A DNA stretch of 26,907 bases from a virus (taxonomy: Duplodnaviria; Caudoviricetes): positions 1 through 26,907 of IMG/VR virus record IMGVR_UViG_3300024246_000012, one strand, 5' to 3'. How positions within the stretch are numbered: the stretch's first letter is position 1; each line of letters begins with the position of its first letter. Of the stretch, positions 8,688-17,855 are shown in pieces. The notes beneath the pieces were generated by a model. It saw nothing but the letters and a program-made list of their open reading frames with translations, was not told where the DNA came from and searched no databases. The translations under genes and the position numbers were made by a program.

Positions 8688-10076
8688 ATGTCCACCTCTG
8701 TCCAGCTCCTCATCAACGGTACGGACTACACCCAGTATCTGGAGCAGGGCACGTGGACAATCACCCAGCAATACACGCGCCAGGGCGACACGGCTACGTT
8801 CTACCTGGTGGACGAGCACGCATCCGAGCGCAACACCCCCCCGTCCCTGAACATCTACATCCCGGCCCTGGCCACAGTGACCTTCACCGACCTGGGGCTG
8901 GGGCAGATCCTGTTCGCCGGGTTGGCCACCGCCCCAGAGGTCCAGTACGACGGCCCCAACCGGCTGTACTGGTCCGTGCAGTGCACCGACTGGACGTATT
9001 TCGCGGACCACGGCCTGATCACGGGCGACTTCGTCAACTTCACGGTTGACCAGGTCGTCCTCCTGCTGGTCGCGCAGGCCAACTGCGGAATCAACGCGGC
9101 GCTCGTCGCGAACGGCGGATTCGTCTCGCCGGGACCGGTGATCCCCCGGATCCAGTTCGTCTATTCGACGCTGTCCAACGCTCTAGTCTCTTTGATTCAG
9201 GTCGCCAGCACCTACACGTCGTGGGGCTGGTATGTGGACGAGAGCAGGAACCTCCATTTCACGCCACTGGTGAATGTCGTGAATTCAGGTGTGACATTCA
9301 CGGACGACATCACCGCAGTGGATTCGAATACCGTCGGGCATTACGACACCGACAACTTCACCTACACGTGGGACGGCACGCAGCTGCGCAACCGCGCCGT
9401 GGTGCGCGGTTCGTCCTTCTCGACGCTTCAGACGGACACCTGGTACGGGGACGGCATCACCACGCAGTGGGCGATCTCGCAGGTCCCCGACACCTCGCGC
9501 GTCTCCAGTGCCAGCCTGAAGATCGCCGGGACGACCACGCAGGTCGCGATCCAGTCGGGCACGAGCGCCACCACGCCGTTCGTCATCGTCCAGAACAACA
9601 TCGGCGCGTGGTTCCTGGTGGTCAACACCGGGGGAACCATTCCGACCACCGCGCAGTCGATCGTCCTCAAGTACTACTACACAGCGCCGATCATCGCCCA
9701 GGTGGACAACGTTCCGAGCCAGAACACGTATGCGTCGCTGGCCAACCGTGGGATCTTCGCCACGTACATCCTGGACATCAACCTCAAGACGCTCGCGTCT
9801 GCACAGCAGCGCGGCCAGGCGGAGGTGTTCAGCTTCGGCCTGCCGGAGGAGCGCCTCCAGATCCAGTCCACGGAGCTTTTCGGCGGGCACCTGAGGGCCG
9901 GGCAGATCTTCACCTGGGTCAGCGCTGTCACGCCGAACTCCTCGAACAGCGGGCTGCCGGGGATCAACGACACATTTTTGATCATCTCGAATACGATCGC
10001 GTCGAGCCAGCACGGGTACTACTACCGCACTTACCAGCTCACGGGAGCGCGCACCAGCCTTTCTGTCGGCATCTAG
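8688..10076 (+). CDS. Minor tail/baseplate hub protein
   Basis: Directly after the tape measure gene; 'WYVDESRNLHF' and 'LRNRAVVRG' hub-like motifs. Confidence 0.7.
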   Translation: MSTSVQLLINGTDYTQYLEQGTWTITQQYTRQGDTATFYLVDEHASERNTPPSLNIYIPALATVTFTDLGLGQILFAGLATAPEVQYDGPNRLYWSVQCTDWTYFADHGLITGDFVNFTVDQVVLLLVAQANCGINAALVANGGFVSPGPVIPRIQFVYSTLSNALVSLIQVASTYTSWGWYVDESRNLHFTPLVNVVNSGVTFTDDITAVDSNTVGHYDTDNFTYTWDGTQLRNRAVVRGSSFSTLQTDTWYGDGITTQWAISQVPDTSRVSSASLKIAGTTTQVAIQSGTSATTPFVIVQNNIGAWFLVVNTGGTIPTTAQSIVLKYYYTAPIIAQVDNVPSQNTYASLANRGIFATYILDINLKTLASAQQRGQAEVFSFGLPEERLQIQSTELFGGHLRAGQIFTWVSAVTPNSSNSGLPGINDTFLIISNTIASSQHGYYYRTYQLTGARTSLSVGI

Positions 10077-10091
10077 GCGGCTGGGGGAAGC

Positions 10092-11075
10092 ATGGCAGTC
10101 CTGCGGCCGTACACCCTCCAGGACCTGTTCCAGAACCTCGCGGGAGCGATCAACTCCAACACGGACACGACCACCCAGTTTGAGGTCGTGGACAACTTCG
10201 TCAACGACGCCGAGACGCTGCTGATCAACGTATCCGGCTCGCCTCCGACTCTCACCACGGCGACCGACTATCCAGTGAACGTGTCCGGCGACTACCCCAT
10301 CAGCTATTGGCGGCTGGCGGACGCGGCGACCGGCACGGCGTTCGATTCGAACCAGAACCTGTTCTCGATCTACCCGCGCATCTCCTCCACATCCATGACG
10401 AGCGTGACGCAGGCGGTCACCGGGTTCCTCGCGAACAGCACCGCGTCGCAGTTCACCGCGACCACGTCCAAGATCGTCTTCCCGAACAACGCGTCCCTCC
10501 AGATCACCGCCGACCTGACCATCGAATTCCTGGTCAAGTTCAGCTCCCTGGGATCTTCCGGCAACTCCCACTCGCTCATCAGCAAGGAGGGCGGGACGCA
10601 GGGCAGCGGCGAATTCGCCCTGTATCTCTTCAACAACGCCGGAGTAGGCTCGCTCGTCTACGGCCAGGCGAGCGGTTCGCCGTCCGCCGGTTCCCTGGCC
10701 ACCGCGACGCTTTACCACATCGCGGTGGTGCGCACCGCCTCCAACAACACCGTGACGTTCTACGTCAACGGGACGTCGGCGGGTTCCGGCTCTTACGTAA
10801 CGCCATCGACGACCACGAACAACGTGACGCTCGGGAGCGCGCTCTACGACTCGCCGCTGATGACGCTCGAAGAGGTGGCCATCTACCGCAAAGCGCTGAC
10901 CAGCGCCCAGGTGACACAGCACTACGGGTGGCTGACGGCCAGCAATGCGACAGCGCGGGCTTTCAACGGCGCCGCAACGCCGTACGGGCTGCTGCTGTAT
11001 CCCGGCTACGGGGCCCCGACGTCGGAAACATACTCGAATCCTGCGACACAGTGGGGCACCTTCCAGTGGAAGTGA
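10092..11075 (+). CDS. Minor tail protein with LamG/concanavalin A-like domain
   Basis: 'SYWRL', 'TIEF.VK', 'YHIAVVR...FYVNG', 'EEVAIYRKALTSAQVTQHY'. Confidence 0.85.
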   Translation: MAVLRPYTLQDLFQNLAGAINSNTDTTTQFEVVDNFVNDAETLLINVSGSPPTLTTATDYPVNVSGDYPISYWRLADAATGTAFDSNQNLFSIYPRISSTSMTSVTQAVTGFLANSTASQFTATTSKIVFPNNASLQITADLTIEFLVKFSSLGSSGNSHSLISKEGGTQGSGEFALYLFNNAGVGSLVYGQASGSPSAGSLATATLYHIAVVRTASNNTVTFYVNGTSAGSGSYVTPSTTTNNVTLGSALYDSPLMTLEEVAIYRKALTSAQVTQHYGWLTASNATARAFNGAATPYGLLLYPGYGAPTSETYSNPATQWGTFQWK

Positions 11076-11081
11076 GGGGCC

Positions 11082-11837
11082 GTGCTCTCTAAGAGCGCTT
11101 TCGGGATCCACGGCTCTCTGCGCCTGGAGCTGCGCGACGCTGAGACGGGGGCCCTCCAGGAGGTCCGCGAAAACGGGAACCTGATCGTCACTACGGGACT
11201 CAACTCCCTAGCGGCGGCGCTGAACTGGGCCTTCATCCAGAACTACAACACCGGATGGGGTTTCCCGTTCTCCTCGTCGTCGGGCAACCTGGGCGATGTG
11301 TACGGGGCGCTGGGCACCGGCACCACCACGCCCGCCGCCGCGCAGACCTCCCTGGCCAGCGAGGCGGGGCGAACCCTGCTCAGTACCGGCACGAACTCGT
11401 CGAACGTCCTGACGTACCAGTTCTTCTTCGGCACGACGGCCGCGAACGGCATCATCACCGAGGCGGGGATCTTCACCAACGCCTCGTCTCTCCAGACGAC
11501 GCTGACCACTGCGCTCACTCTGTCGCAGACCTATACCTCGCTTGCCGTGGCGGCGCTGCCCGCAGCCATCCCCAACGGGGTGACCCTCATTCTGAACTAC
11601 GGTGGCGCGCAGGTAGGCGGTGTCACGCAGCAGGTGACCACGGCGGCGCCCGCGAGCTTCGGGGCGACCTCGATCACAGTGACCTCGTTCACGGCGAGCG
11701 CCTCGTTCCCGATCGGGACGGACGTCGCATACAACACGGGCACCCTGCTCGACAGGGCTCTGATCTCTCCGGCGGTCACGAAGACCGCCGCGCAGACCGC
11801 GACGCTGAACCTATCGCTGACCTTGCAGTCCGCCTAG
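11082..11837 (+). CDS. Minor tail protein
   Basis: 'NLIVTTG...ALGTGTT...TSL.SE...ANG.ITEAGIF' tail-collar-like motif. Confidence 0.7.
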   Translation: MLSKSAFGIHGSLRLELRDAETGALQEVRENGNLIVTTGLNSLAAALNWAFIQNYNTGWGFPFSSSSGNLGDVYGALGTGTTTPAAAQTSLASEAGRTLLSTGTNSSNVLTYQFFFGTTAANGIITEAGIFTNASSLQTTLTTALTLSQTYTSLAVAALPAAIPNGVTLILNYGGAQVGGVTQQVTTAAPASFGATSITVTSFTASASFPIGTDVAYNTGTLLDRALISPAVTKTAAQTATLNLSLTLQSA

Positions 11838-11839
11838 CC

Positions 11840-11883
11840 TGCTGGCAACGTTGGCTTGGACTTCGTTGACGGTCTGGCCAGCA
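11840..11883 (-). ncRNA. Solitary tigRNA-like stem-loop unit 3
   Basis: Minus strand reads tgctgg-CCA-gaccgtcaa-CG-aagt-CCA-agccaacgt-TG-ccagca. Confidence 0.75.
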
Positions 11884-11891
11884 AGTACGCA

Positions 11892-11902
11892 TAACGTATC
11901 AC
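11892..11902 (-). promoter_or_regulatory. Extended -10-like motif GTGATACGTTA upstream of unit 3
   Basis: Identical 11-mer to 4430-4440. Confidence 0.6.
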
Positions 11903-11915
11903 GTGAAGGAGCCAG

Positions 11916-12206
11916 ATGGAAGCCGCCGTCCCCCCCTACCACAGCGACGCTGCCGCCGCAGCCTCCGCCGTCGGCGAACTGTACCTGTATGTCAAGCAGC
12001 TCACGGCGCGCATCGCAGAGCTCGCCGAACAGGCCAACAAGCTCGACGACGCACTGATCGAAGCCACGCGGCGCGGCACGGAACTCGACGAGCAGCTCGC
12101 GTCCGCGCATGCGCACAACGACGAGTTGCGCACCCGCATCGACAAGCTCGAAGACGAACTGCGCCAGACGCTCGAAGACGAGGCAGACTGCCGCTGCGAC
12201 CGCTAG
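11916..12206 (+). CDS. Coiled-coil hypothetical protein
   Basis: AAGGAG RBS; heptad-like L/E-rich sequence. Confidence 0.75.
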   Translation: MEAAVPPYHSDAAAAASAVGELYLYVKQLTARIAELAEQANKLDDALIEATRRGTELDEQLASAHAHNDELRTRIDKLEDELRQTLEDEADCRCDR

Positions 12207-12216
12207 GGGGTGAACC

Positions 12217-13008
12217 GTGGCCCTCTACACCGTCAACAACGGGTCAGTCGTCAACGCGGCCGACGTCAACCAGTTCACGAACCTGCTCAACGGCACGACG
12301 ACGAACACCTCCGTCACCGTCGCCAACCGCATCCGTGCCCAGCTGACCGGCGCAACGACCGGCACCGGCGGATATACGGGCCAGGTGGCGGGCGCCCCGC
12401 CGGGCAGCGGCACCTTCCTCACCGGAGACGTCGTCACCGACGGCAGCCTCGGCACGGTGTGGGTGTGCTCCAACGGCGGCTCCCCCGGCAGCTGGAACGC
12501 GGTACCCACCCAGATCGCCACCCAGACGCTCATCTCCGCCGCAGCCTCGGTGACGTTCTCCAGCATCCCCGCGTTCAACCACATCTCGGTGACCTGGAAG
12601 ACGCGCGCCACGGACAACAACGCCGCCGAGCAGCTTTACCTGCGCTTCAACGGGGACACGGCCTCCCATTACCTGTGGGAGAACAACCAGGCGAACAACG
12701 CCGGTGCGGTCTCTGGGGCGACCTCCGCCGGTCTGGTCGGCCAGATCCAGATCGCCACCATCCCGGCCAACAGCGCGACGTCGGGTTTTTTCGGTGCCGG
12801 ACAGTTCACTGTGCCGTATTTCAACGACTCGACGAACTTCGCCGCCGTTTCGGGCACGGCCAGCGCATTCGCCACGGTGACGAACATGTGGAGCGGAACG
12901 TATTCGGGAATGTACAACCAGGCCGTGACGCTCACAAGCCTGACGGTCTTCGCCGCGACCAGCAACCTGGCCATCGGCTCCCGCTTCAGCCTCTACGGGT
13001 GGATGTAG
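12217..13008 (+). CDS. Tail fibre/receptor-binding-like protein, paralogue 1
   Basis: Shared N-terminus MALY.V..G...A.D.NQ..NLL.G; C-terminal 'YLRFNGDT...GSRFSLYG' domain common in phage tail proteins. Confidence 0.7.
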   Translation: MALYTVNNGSVVNAADVNQFTNLLNGTTTNTSVTVANRIRAQLTGATTGTGGYTGQVAGAPPGSGTFLTGDVVTDGSLGTVWVCSNGGSPGSWNAVPTQIATQTLISAAASVTFSSIPAFNHISVTWKTRATDNNAAEQLYLRFNGDTASHYLWENNQANNAGAVSGATSAGLVGQIQIATIPANSATSGFFGAGQFTVPYFNDSTNFAAVSGTASAFATVTNMWSGTYSGMYNQAVTLTSLTVFAATSNLAIGSRFSLYGWM

Positions 13009-13011
13009 CCC

Positions 13012-13929
13012 ATGGCCCTGGCCGCAATCGTCGAAGGCGCGACCTCCTCGGCCACCGACCTCAACCAGGTCGTCAACCTGCTCAACGGCACGACGACGAA
13101 CACCCAGGTCACGGTGAACGGTCCGATCGGCGCACAGCTGGCGGGTACGACCGCGCCCATGCGCTACGTCGGCGGGGTGAACACGCCTCAGGACGTCGCG
13201 TCGATCGACGGGACCCCCTACAGCAGCTTCACCAACTTCTACGCCCCGATCAGCGTACCCCTCACGTACGGGACGACCGACGGCGTGTCCAACGGCACCT
13301 ATTACGGCGCCGGAGACCTGACGTGGGCGCCTGGCGGCCCGATGGCGATCGGGTCTTCGGCGCCCACGTCTATCGGGTATGACATCGCGTACCCCAACGC
13401 CATGACCCCGGCCCTGACGCCTATCCAGATGGGGCCGATCACGATCGGCACGGGCGGTTACGTGTGCCGCGTCCACCAGAGCGCCGCCGTGACGGTCACC
13501 TCGGCGACGCAGGCAGTGAGCTGCGACACGGTGGACTACGACCCGCGCGGGATGTTCCGCCCGTCCATTATCGGATCGGGCCGCGCCATCACCATCCCCT
13601 TCCCGGGGCTCTGGGGCGTCATGGGCTTCATCCACGCGGCCGAGAACACCATGAGCAATCAGTGGGGCATCGCCCTTTACCAGACCGTCCTGTCGGGACC
13701 GCTCACCGCCCTGACGTGCCCGACGGTCCCGTCCGACACCACGAACAAGTACACCGGCGCCGGAGGGATGAGCATGTTCGCGCTCGGTTTCGGCGTGTAC
13801 AGCGCAGGCATCGTCCCCGGTAGCCAGGTCCAGCTGGCCTTCGCGCCCATCCCTACACCACCGACGACGTATTCCCTGGACGTCTCGGGCCCCGACCGCA
13901 CGTTCCTGGCCGTCTGGCTCATCGGATAG
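13012..13929 (+). CDS. Tail fibre/receptor-binding-like protein, paralogue 2
   Basis: Same N-terminal motif; C1q/TNF-like C-terminus ('DTVDYDPRGMF...ITIPFPGLW'). Confidence 0.65.
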   Translation: MALAAIVEGATSSATDLNQVVNLLNGTTTNTQVTVNGPIGAQLAGTTAPMRYVGGVNTPQDVASIDGTPYSSFTNFYAPISVPLTYGTTDGVSNGTYYGAGDLTWAPGGPMAIGSSAPTSIGYDIAYPNAMTPALTPIQMGPITIGTGGYVCRVHQSAAVTVTSATQAVSCDTVDYDPRGMFRPSIIGSGRAITIPFPGLWGVMGFIHAAENTMSNQWGIALYQTVLSGPLTALTCPTVPSDTTNKYTGAGGMSMFALGFGVYSAGIVPGSQVQLAFAPIPTPPTTYSLDVSGPDRTFLAVWLIG

Positions 13930-13937
13930 GGGGCCGC

Positions 13938-14735
13938 GTGGCGCTGTATTCTGTGGCTTCCGGGCAGCCTCCCGCCGCCGCCGACCTGAACCAGGTCATC
14001 AACCTGCTGTCAGGTGCTTCCTCCCCCACGAGCAGCTCCATGCAGGTCGCCAACCGGATCAGGGCTCAACTGACCGGTGCGACGGCCACCTCGGGCCTTG
14101 TGGGTTCCACCAGCGGCGGCGCGCCCGCCTCCGGCACCTTCGCCCTCGGCGACCTGGTGGTAGACACCGGCTACAACTGCCTGTGGGTGTGCACCGGAGC
14201 CGGGACGCCCGGCACCTGGAAGCGCATCGGCGGCCAGACGTGGACGTCCGTCAACTGGATCTCCACGGGAGTCGGCTCCATCGCGTTCCCGCCGGACCAG
14301 ACCACGGGAAACTTCCCGCCTGCGCCGACGGCGATCAACCAGACGTTCTTCACGCGTTCCGGCCGCGTCGGCTTCGACGTGATCCAGGCGAACTACCAGG
14401 TCCCCGAGTTCTACCCCTACCTGTTCCCGGGCTTCTCCGATTCCGCATACGGGTACACCATCCCCTTGACGGGGACCTACCTCGTCACGAACTACCTGGC
14501 CCCTTCCGGGCCCACGGGCGGCACCGACCTGGGTTCGATGATCCTCAAGAACGGCCAGGTCTACCAGTACGGCACCGAGACGCTGTCCTTCGGCAGCGCC
14601 ACGCACAAGGCGACGTCGATCGTGCACTGCACCGCAGGGGACCTGATCCAGGTGGGCGCCTACGCGGAAGGGCAGTATTCCCCTACGGCCTCGTCTTTCC
14701 AGGCGGGATTCAGGATCGCCTACATCGGCAACTAG
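13938..14735 (+). CDS. Tail fibre/receptor-binding-like protein, paralogue 3
   Basis: Same N-terminal motif; C1q-like 'YTIPLTGTYLV...KNG...GDLIQV'. Confidence 0.7.
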   Translation: MALYSVASGQPPAAADLNQVINLLSGASSPTSSSMQVANRIRAQLTGATATSGLVGSTSGGAPASGTFALGDLVVDTGYNCLWVCTGAGTPGTWKRIGGQTWTSVNWISTGVGSIAFPPDQTTGNFPPAPTAINQTFFTRSGRVGFDVIQANYQVPEFYPYLFPGFSDSAYGYTIPLTGTYLVTNYLAPSGPTGGTDLGSMILKNGQVYQYGTETLSFGSATHKATSIVHCTAGDLIQVGAYAEGQYSPTASSFQAGFRIAYIGN

Positions 14736-14743
14736 GAGGCCGC

Positions 14744-15451
14744 GTGGCTTTGTACACCGTCAGCGGCGGCACCGCCCTGGCTCCGCAGGACATCAACCAG
14801 CTGACGAACTTGGTGACCGGCGTGGACGCCAGCACCCAGGTCACGGTGGGCAACGCGATCCAGTCGATCACGCCCGGCTGTCCGGCGCCTTCGCGGTACG
14901 TCGGCGGCACCACCACGGGCGCCCCTTCGTCCGGCACGTTCCTGGCGGGCGACATGGTGATCGCCCAGGACGGTTTCGTCTGGATCTGCGTCACCGGCGG
15001 CACACCCGGCACCTGGTACCGGCAAGGCACGGGAGATTACCAGGCCACTGCCACGCAGGGTGTAGCCCAGACGTTGACGTCGCGCTCCACCCAAACGGGT
15101 TTCGACGTCTTGAACGTCGATACCGTGGTCTCGGATCCGCATAACATGTTCAGCACGTCGAACCACCGCTTCACCATCCCCTTCTCCGGCGGGACGTGGC
15201 TGGTGAACGCGACCGTCGGCACGCTGCTGGCTTCCACGACGTTCTCGCAGACCGCCATCTTGACCAAGAACGGCACGGCGTTCGCGCGGGGCACTGAGGC
15301 GAAGGTGGTCAACGGCGGCAGCAGCATCGTCACCGACCTCCAGCAGTTCGCTTCCGGGGACCTCATCCAGCTGGCCGCCTATGCCGAAGCGGCGGCGGCC
15401 GTGAACACCGGTGCTGGCCGTGTGGTCTTCTCCCTCTGCCTGATCGCGTAG
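14744..15451 (+). CDS. Tail fibre/receptor-binding-like protein, paralogue 4
   Basis: AGGAGG RBS and GTG at 14744; same N-terminal motif; C1q-like 'FTIPFSGGTWLV...KNG...GDLIQL'. Confidence 0.7.
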   Translation: MALYTVSGGTALAPQDINQLTNLVTGVDASTQVTVGNAIQSITPGCPAPSRYVGGTTTGAPSSGTFLAGDMVIAQDGFVWICVTGGTPGTWYRQGTGDYQATATQGVAQTLTSRSTQTGFDVLNVDTVVSDPHNMFSTSNHRFTIPFSGGTWLVNATVGTLLASTTFSQTAILTKNGTAFARGTEAKVVNGGSSIVTDLQQFASGDLIQLAAYAEAAAAVNTGAGRVVFSLCLIA

Positions 15452-15540
15452 GAGGGCCATGTCTGCGCAATCTGTTCGCGCCCGGAGGGGACCGGCGATC
15501 CGTGCCCGTGGTCGCCGTGACACAAGTCGGGAGGTCGGCG

Positions 15541-15864
15541 TTGGCTGACGATCCGGGAGTCGTGTTCACCGTCAAGGAATTGATCGGCCGCCTTGACGGC
15601 AAACTGGACATGATGATGAACGTATTGACGAACAAGGCCGACCGCACCGACGTCAACGCCCTGGGAAACCGGGTAGGGGCCCTGGAGGACAAAGTCGGCG
15701 AGATGCACCAGCGCGAAGTCGAACGCGAAGCTGCGAAACTCGCCGAGACCCGCGCCGAAACCACCCACCAGGAGAACAACCGCTGGGTCCTGGGTACCGT
15801 GATCACCCTGGGGCTGCTGATGGCTGCCATCGGCACCATCGTCGTCATGCTCCTGCGCCCCTAG
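15541..15864 (+). CDS. Membrane protein (coiled coil plus C-terminal TM helix), holin-like
   Basis: GGGAGG RBS before TTG at 15541; hydrophobic C-terminus; lysis context. Confidence 0.65.
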   Translation: MADDPGVVFTVKELIGRLDGKLDMMMNVLTNKADRTDVNALGNRVGALEDKVGEMHQREVEREAAKLAETRAETTHQENNRWVLGTVITLGLLMAAIGTIVVMLLRP

Positions 15865-15872
15865 GAGGTGCG

Positions 15873-16262
15873 TTGTCTGACCAGCATCCCGCCGTCGAAC
15901 ATCCGGCCGACCGCGTAAAACGTCGTTCCAGCTGGAACGACTGGCTGGCGCAGCACCTGGTGGCCGTGTTCGGCACCGTGTGGACCGTGTGGGCTTTCGT
16001 CGTCTATCCGCTCCTCGCGCTGCTGTTCCCGCATTCGGTGCAGAACATCGTGTTCTTCATCTCCAGCGGCTGGATTCAGCTATGGGCGCTGCCGCTGCTG
16101 AACTACACCCAGAACCGCGCCGACGAACTGCGCACCGCGAAGGCAGACACCGATCATCAGGCCCTCACGCATGTGGCGACCACGCTGGACACGGTGGCCG
16201 ACCTCGTCTCGACCCTGCACACCCGGCTCGACGCCATGGAACGCAAGGGAGAGAGCCCATGA
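15873..16262 (+). CDS. Two-TM membrane protein, DUF1003-like, putative holin partner
   Basis: 'NDWLA..L...FGTVW...SS..IQLWALPLL...QNR'; ATGA overlap with the lysin gene. Confidence 0.65.
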   Translation: MSDQHPAVEHPADRVKRRSSWNDWLAQHLVAVFGTVWTVWAFVVYPLLALLFPHSVQNIVFFISSGWIQLWALPLLNYTQNRADELRTAKADTDHQALTHVATTLDTVADLVSTLHTRLDAMERKGESP

Positions 16263-17026
16263 GGACGATGTTCGATGGAATCAACACTGACGCCGCCGAC
16301 ATCCCCACGACGGCACGCATCGTCGCCGGGTATGTGGACGGCCTCTACAAGTGGTCTACCACCGACTGGGCCAGGTTCCCGAACGCGGTCAAGGTGCGCA
16401 TCGCCGTGTTCGCGACCACCAACGACGGACACGTGCTTGACTGCGAGCCCGGCAACTGTACCCCTTCACAGTCTGTGGACTGGGTGCTGCTACGGCGCAA
16501 AGCCGGAGCGGACCCGACAGTGTACTGCGGGCGCAACACGTGGTGGCCGCAGATCCAGGCAGCCTTCAGTGCTCGGGGTGTGCCGCAGCCGCACTACTGG
16601 GTCGCGGACTACTCCGTCAGCCAGACCAACCCGCAGATCCCCACGGGCGCTCTCGCGCTGCAATACCGCGACACCGGCGGCTACGACCTGTCTGTGGTCG
16701 CAGACTACTGGCCCGGCGTGGATCCGGCGGTTCCGGCCCCAACCGTTCCCACGGAAGAGGATTCATCCATGGTCATCCACTACATCACCGGCAACCCCGA
16801 GGTGTGGGCGCTCTCCGGGAACCTGTACTGGCATGTTGTCGATCCAGCGTCGCTCGCGAGCTACGTAAAGGCGGGCATCACCGGAGTCACGATCAGTGAC
16901 GCCGAGCACCAGGCGATCCTCGCCGCCGTTGCCGCCCAGCGGCCCACGGTGACCGTGGACGCTTCGCAGCTCTCGGCCGCCCTCGCGGCAGTGCTGCCGA
17001 AGTCGTTCACCGGCACCCTCAGCTGA
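16259..17026 (+). CDS. Putative endolysin (GH25/DUF1906-like glycoside hydrolase)
   Basis: ATG at 16259; 'VLDCEPG', 'PTVYC', 'YWVADY' and 'ALQY...YDLS'; last gene of the late operon, after membrane proteins. Confidence 0.7.
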   Translation: MRTMFDGINTDAADIPTTARIVAGYVDGLYKWSTTDWARFPNAVKVRIAVFATTNDGHVLDCEPGNCTPSQSVDWVLLRRKAGADPTVYCGRNTWWPQIQAAFSARGVPQPHYWVADYSVSQTNPQIPTGALALQYRDTGGYDLSVVADYWPGVDPAVPAPTVPTEEDSSMVIHYITGNPEVWALSGNLYWHVVDPASLASYVKAGITGVTISDAEHQAILAAVAAQRPTVTVDASQLSAALAAVLPKSFTGTLS

Positions 17027-17030
17027 ACTC

Positions 17031-17060
17031 GGCCCCCGGTTCCGGCCGGGGGCCTTTCTT
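17031..17060 (+). terminator. Rho-independent terminator of the late operon
   Basis: GGCCCCCGG-ttccgg-CCGGGGGCC followed by TTTCTT. Confidence 0.85.
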
Positions 17061-17099
17061 CATGCCCTGGTGGTTGACGGATGACGCTCTAGGGTCTCC

Positions 17100-17137
17100 G
17101 GGCGGCCGTGCCCACAGCTTCCAAGGCACGGCCGCCC
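17100..17137. repeat. 13-bp inverted repeat in the convergence region, possible minus-strand terminator
   Basis: GGGCGGCCGTGCC / GGCACGGCCGCCC, nested in an outer CCCTGGTGG/CCACCAGGG stem (17065-17154). Confidence 0.6.
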
Positions 17138-17216
17138 CCATGGGCCCACCAGGGAGGGAACGGCCCACGGAACACGCACGGGGACCTGCTTCTTCTCCCC
17201 CCGCACGGCTGAAGTC

Positions 17217-17789
17217 TCAGACCAGCAAGTCCAGCTGGCCCAGTTCCCGCATGATGTGCGCGCCCCGAGTGCCCTCCACCGCGCCGAAAACGGACAGGTA
17301 GTCCTCCCAGACGGCCCGCGTGAAGTATTCAATGGTGCGCACCGTCTTTTCCGCGAGGATCTCCTCTTTGATGCGGAAGGCTACGCCGACGGCCTCGGTC
17401 TTGGCCTGGCATAAACGCCGCTGGGTGACGATGACGCGGTCCCAGGTGCTCAGCCATGCCCTCCAGGTCGAGTCCAGCTGGGCGTTGACGGCGCCGCGCA
17501 GCATGGGCAGCCAGGTGAGCGAACGCGGCATCTCGGTGGGCTGCGCCGGGCCGGAACGCGGGACGCGGTGCACGGAGATACTCGGGCGTGGCGCCATGAT
17601 CTTGCGCAGGATGCGCTTCGGGCTGACGATACGCCCGCGCAAGGTGGGCCGTGGCTCCAGGGCCTGGAAGATCCCGGTGACCTCCGCGTCGAGTTCGGCG
17701 AGGACCCGGCGTGCACGCCCCGGCTCGCTGGCTGCCGGTGGACGCAACTGCTCCAGAGGGTTCGTACGCTCCAGCAATGTGGTGCTCAT
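17217..17789 (-). CDS. Hypothetical protein
   Basis: AAGGAGAGG RBS before ATG at 17789. Confidence 0.65.
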   Translation of the reverse strand: MSTTLLERTNPLEQLRPPAASEPGRARRVLAELDAEVTGIFQALEPRPTLRGRIVSPKRILRKIMAPRPSISVHRVPRSGPAQPTEMPRSLTWLPMLRGAVNAQLDSTWRAWLSTWDRVIVTQRRLCQAKTEAVGVAFRIKEEILAEKTVRTIEYFTRAVWEDYLSVFGAVEGTRGAHIMRELGQLDLLV

Positions 17790-17855
17790 CGTGCCTCTCC
17801 TTCCTCGTGCGCCTAGCCCTACCGTAACGTGGGGCACCGACTCTACCGCAGTACG

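Noticed and set aside
4809-9011. 1400-aa minus-strand ORF and other long antisense ORFs (66-1295, 2548-4182, 9285-11111, 12244-13635)
   Set aside because: Shadow frames of GC-rich genes; the translations are Arg/Gly-rich with no recognisable motifs.
12217-15451. Diversity-generating retroelement or invertible fibre switch
   Set aside because: No reverse transcriptase, invertase or near-identical template/variable repeat pair in the window.
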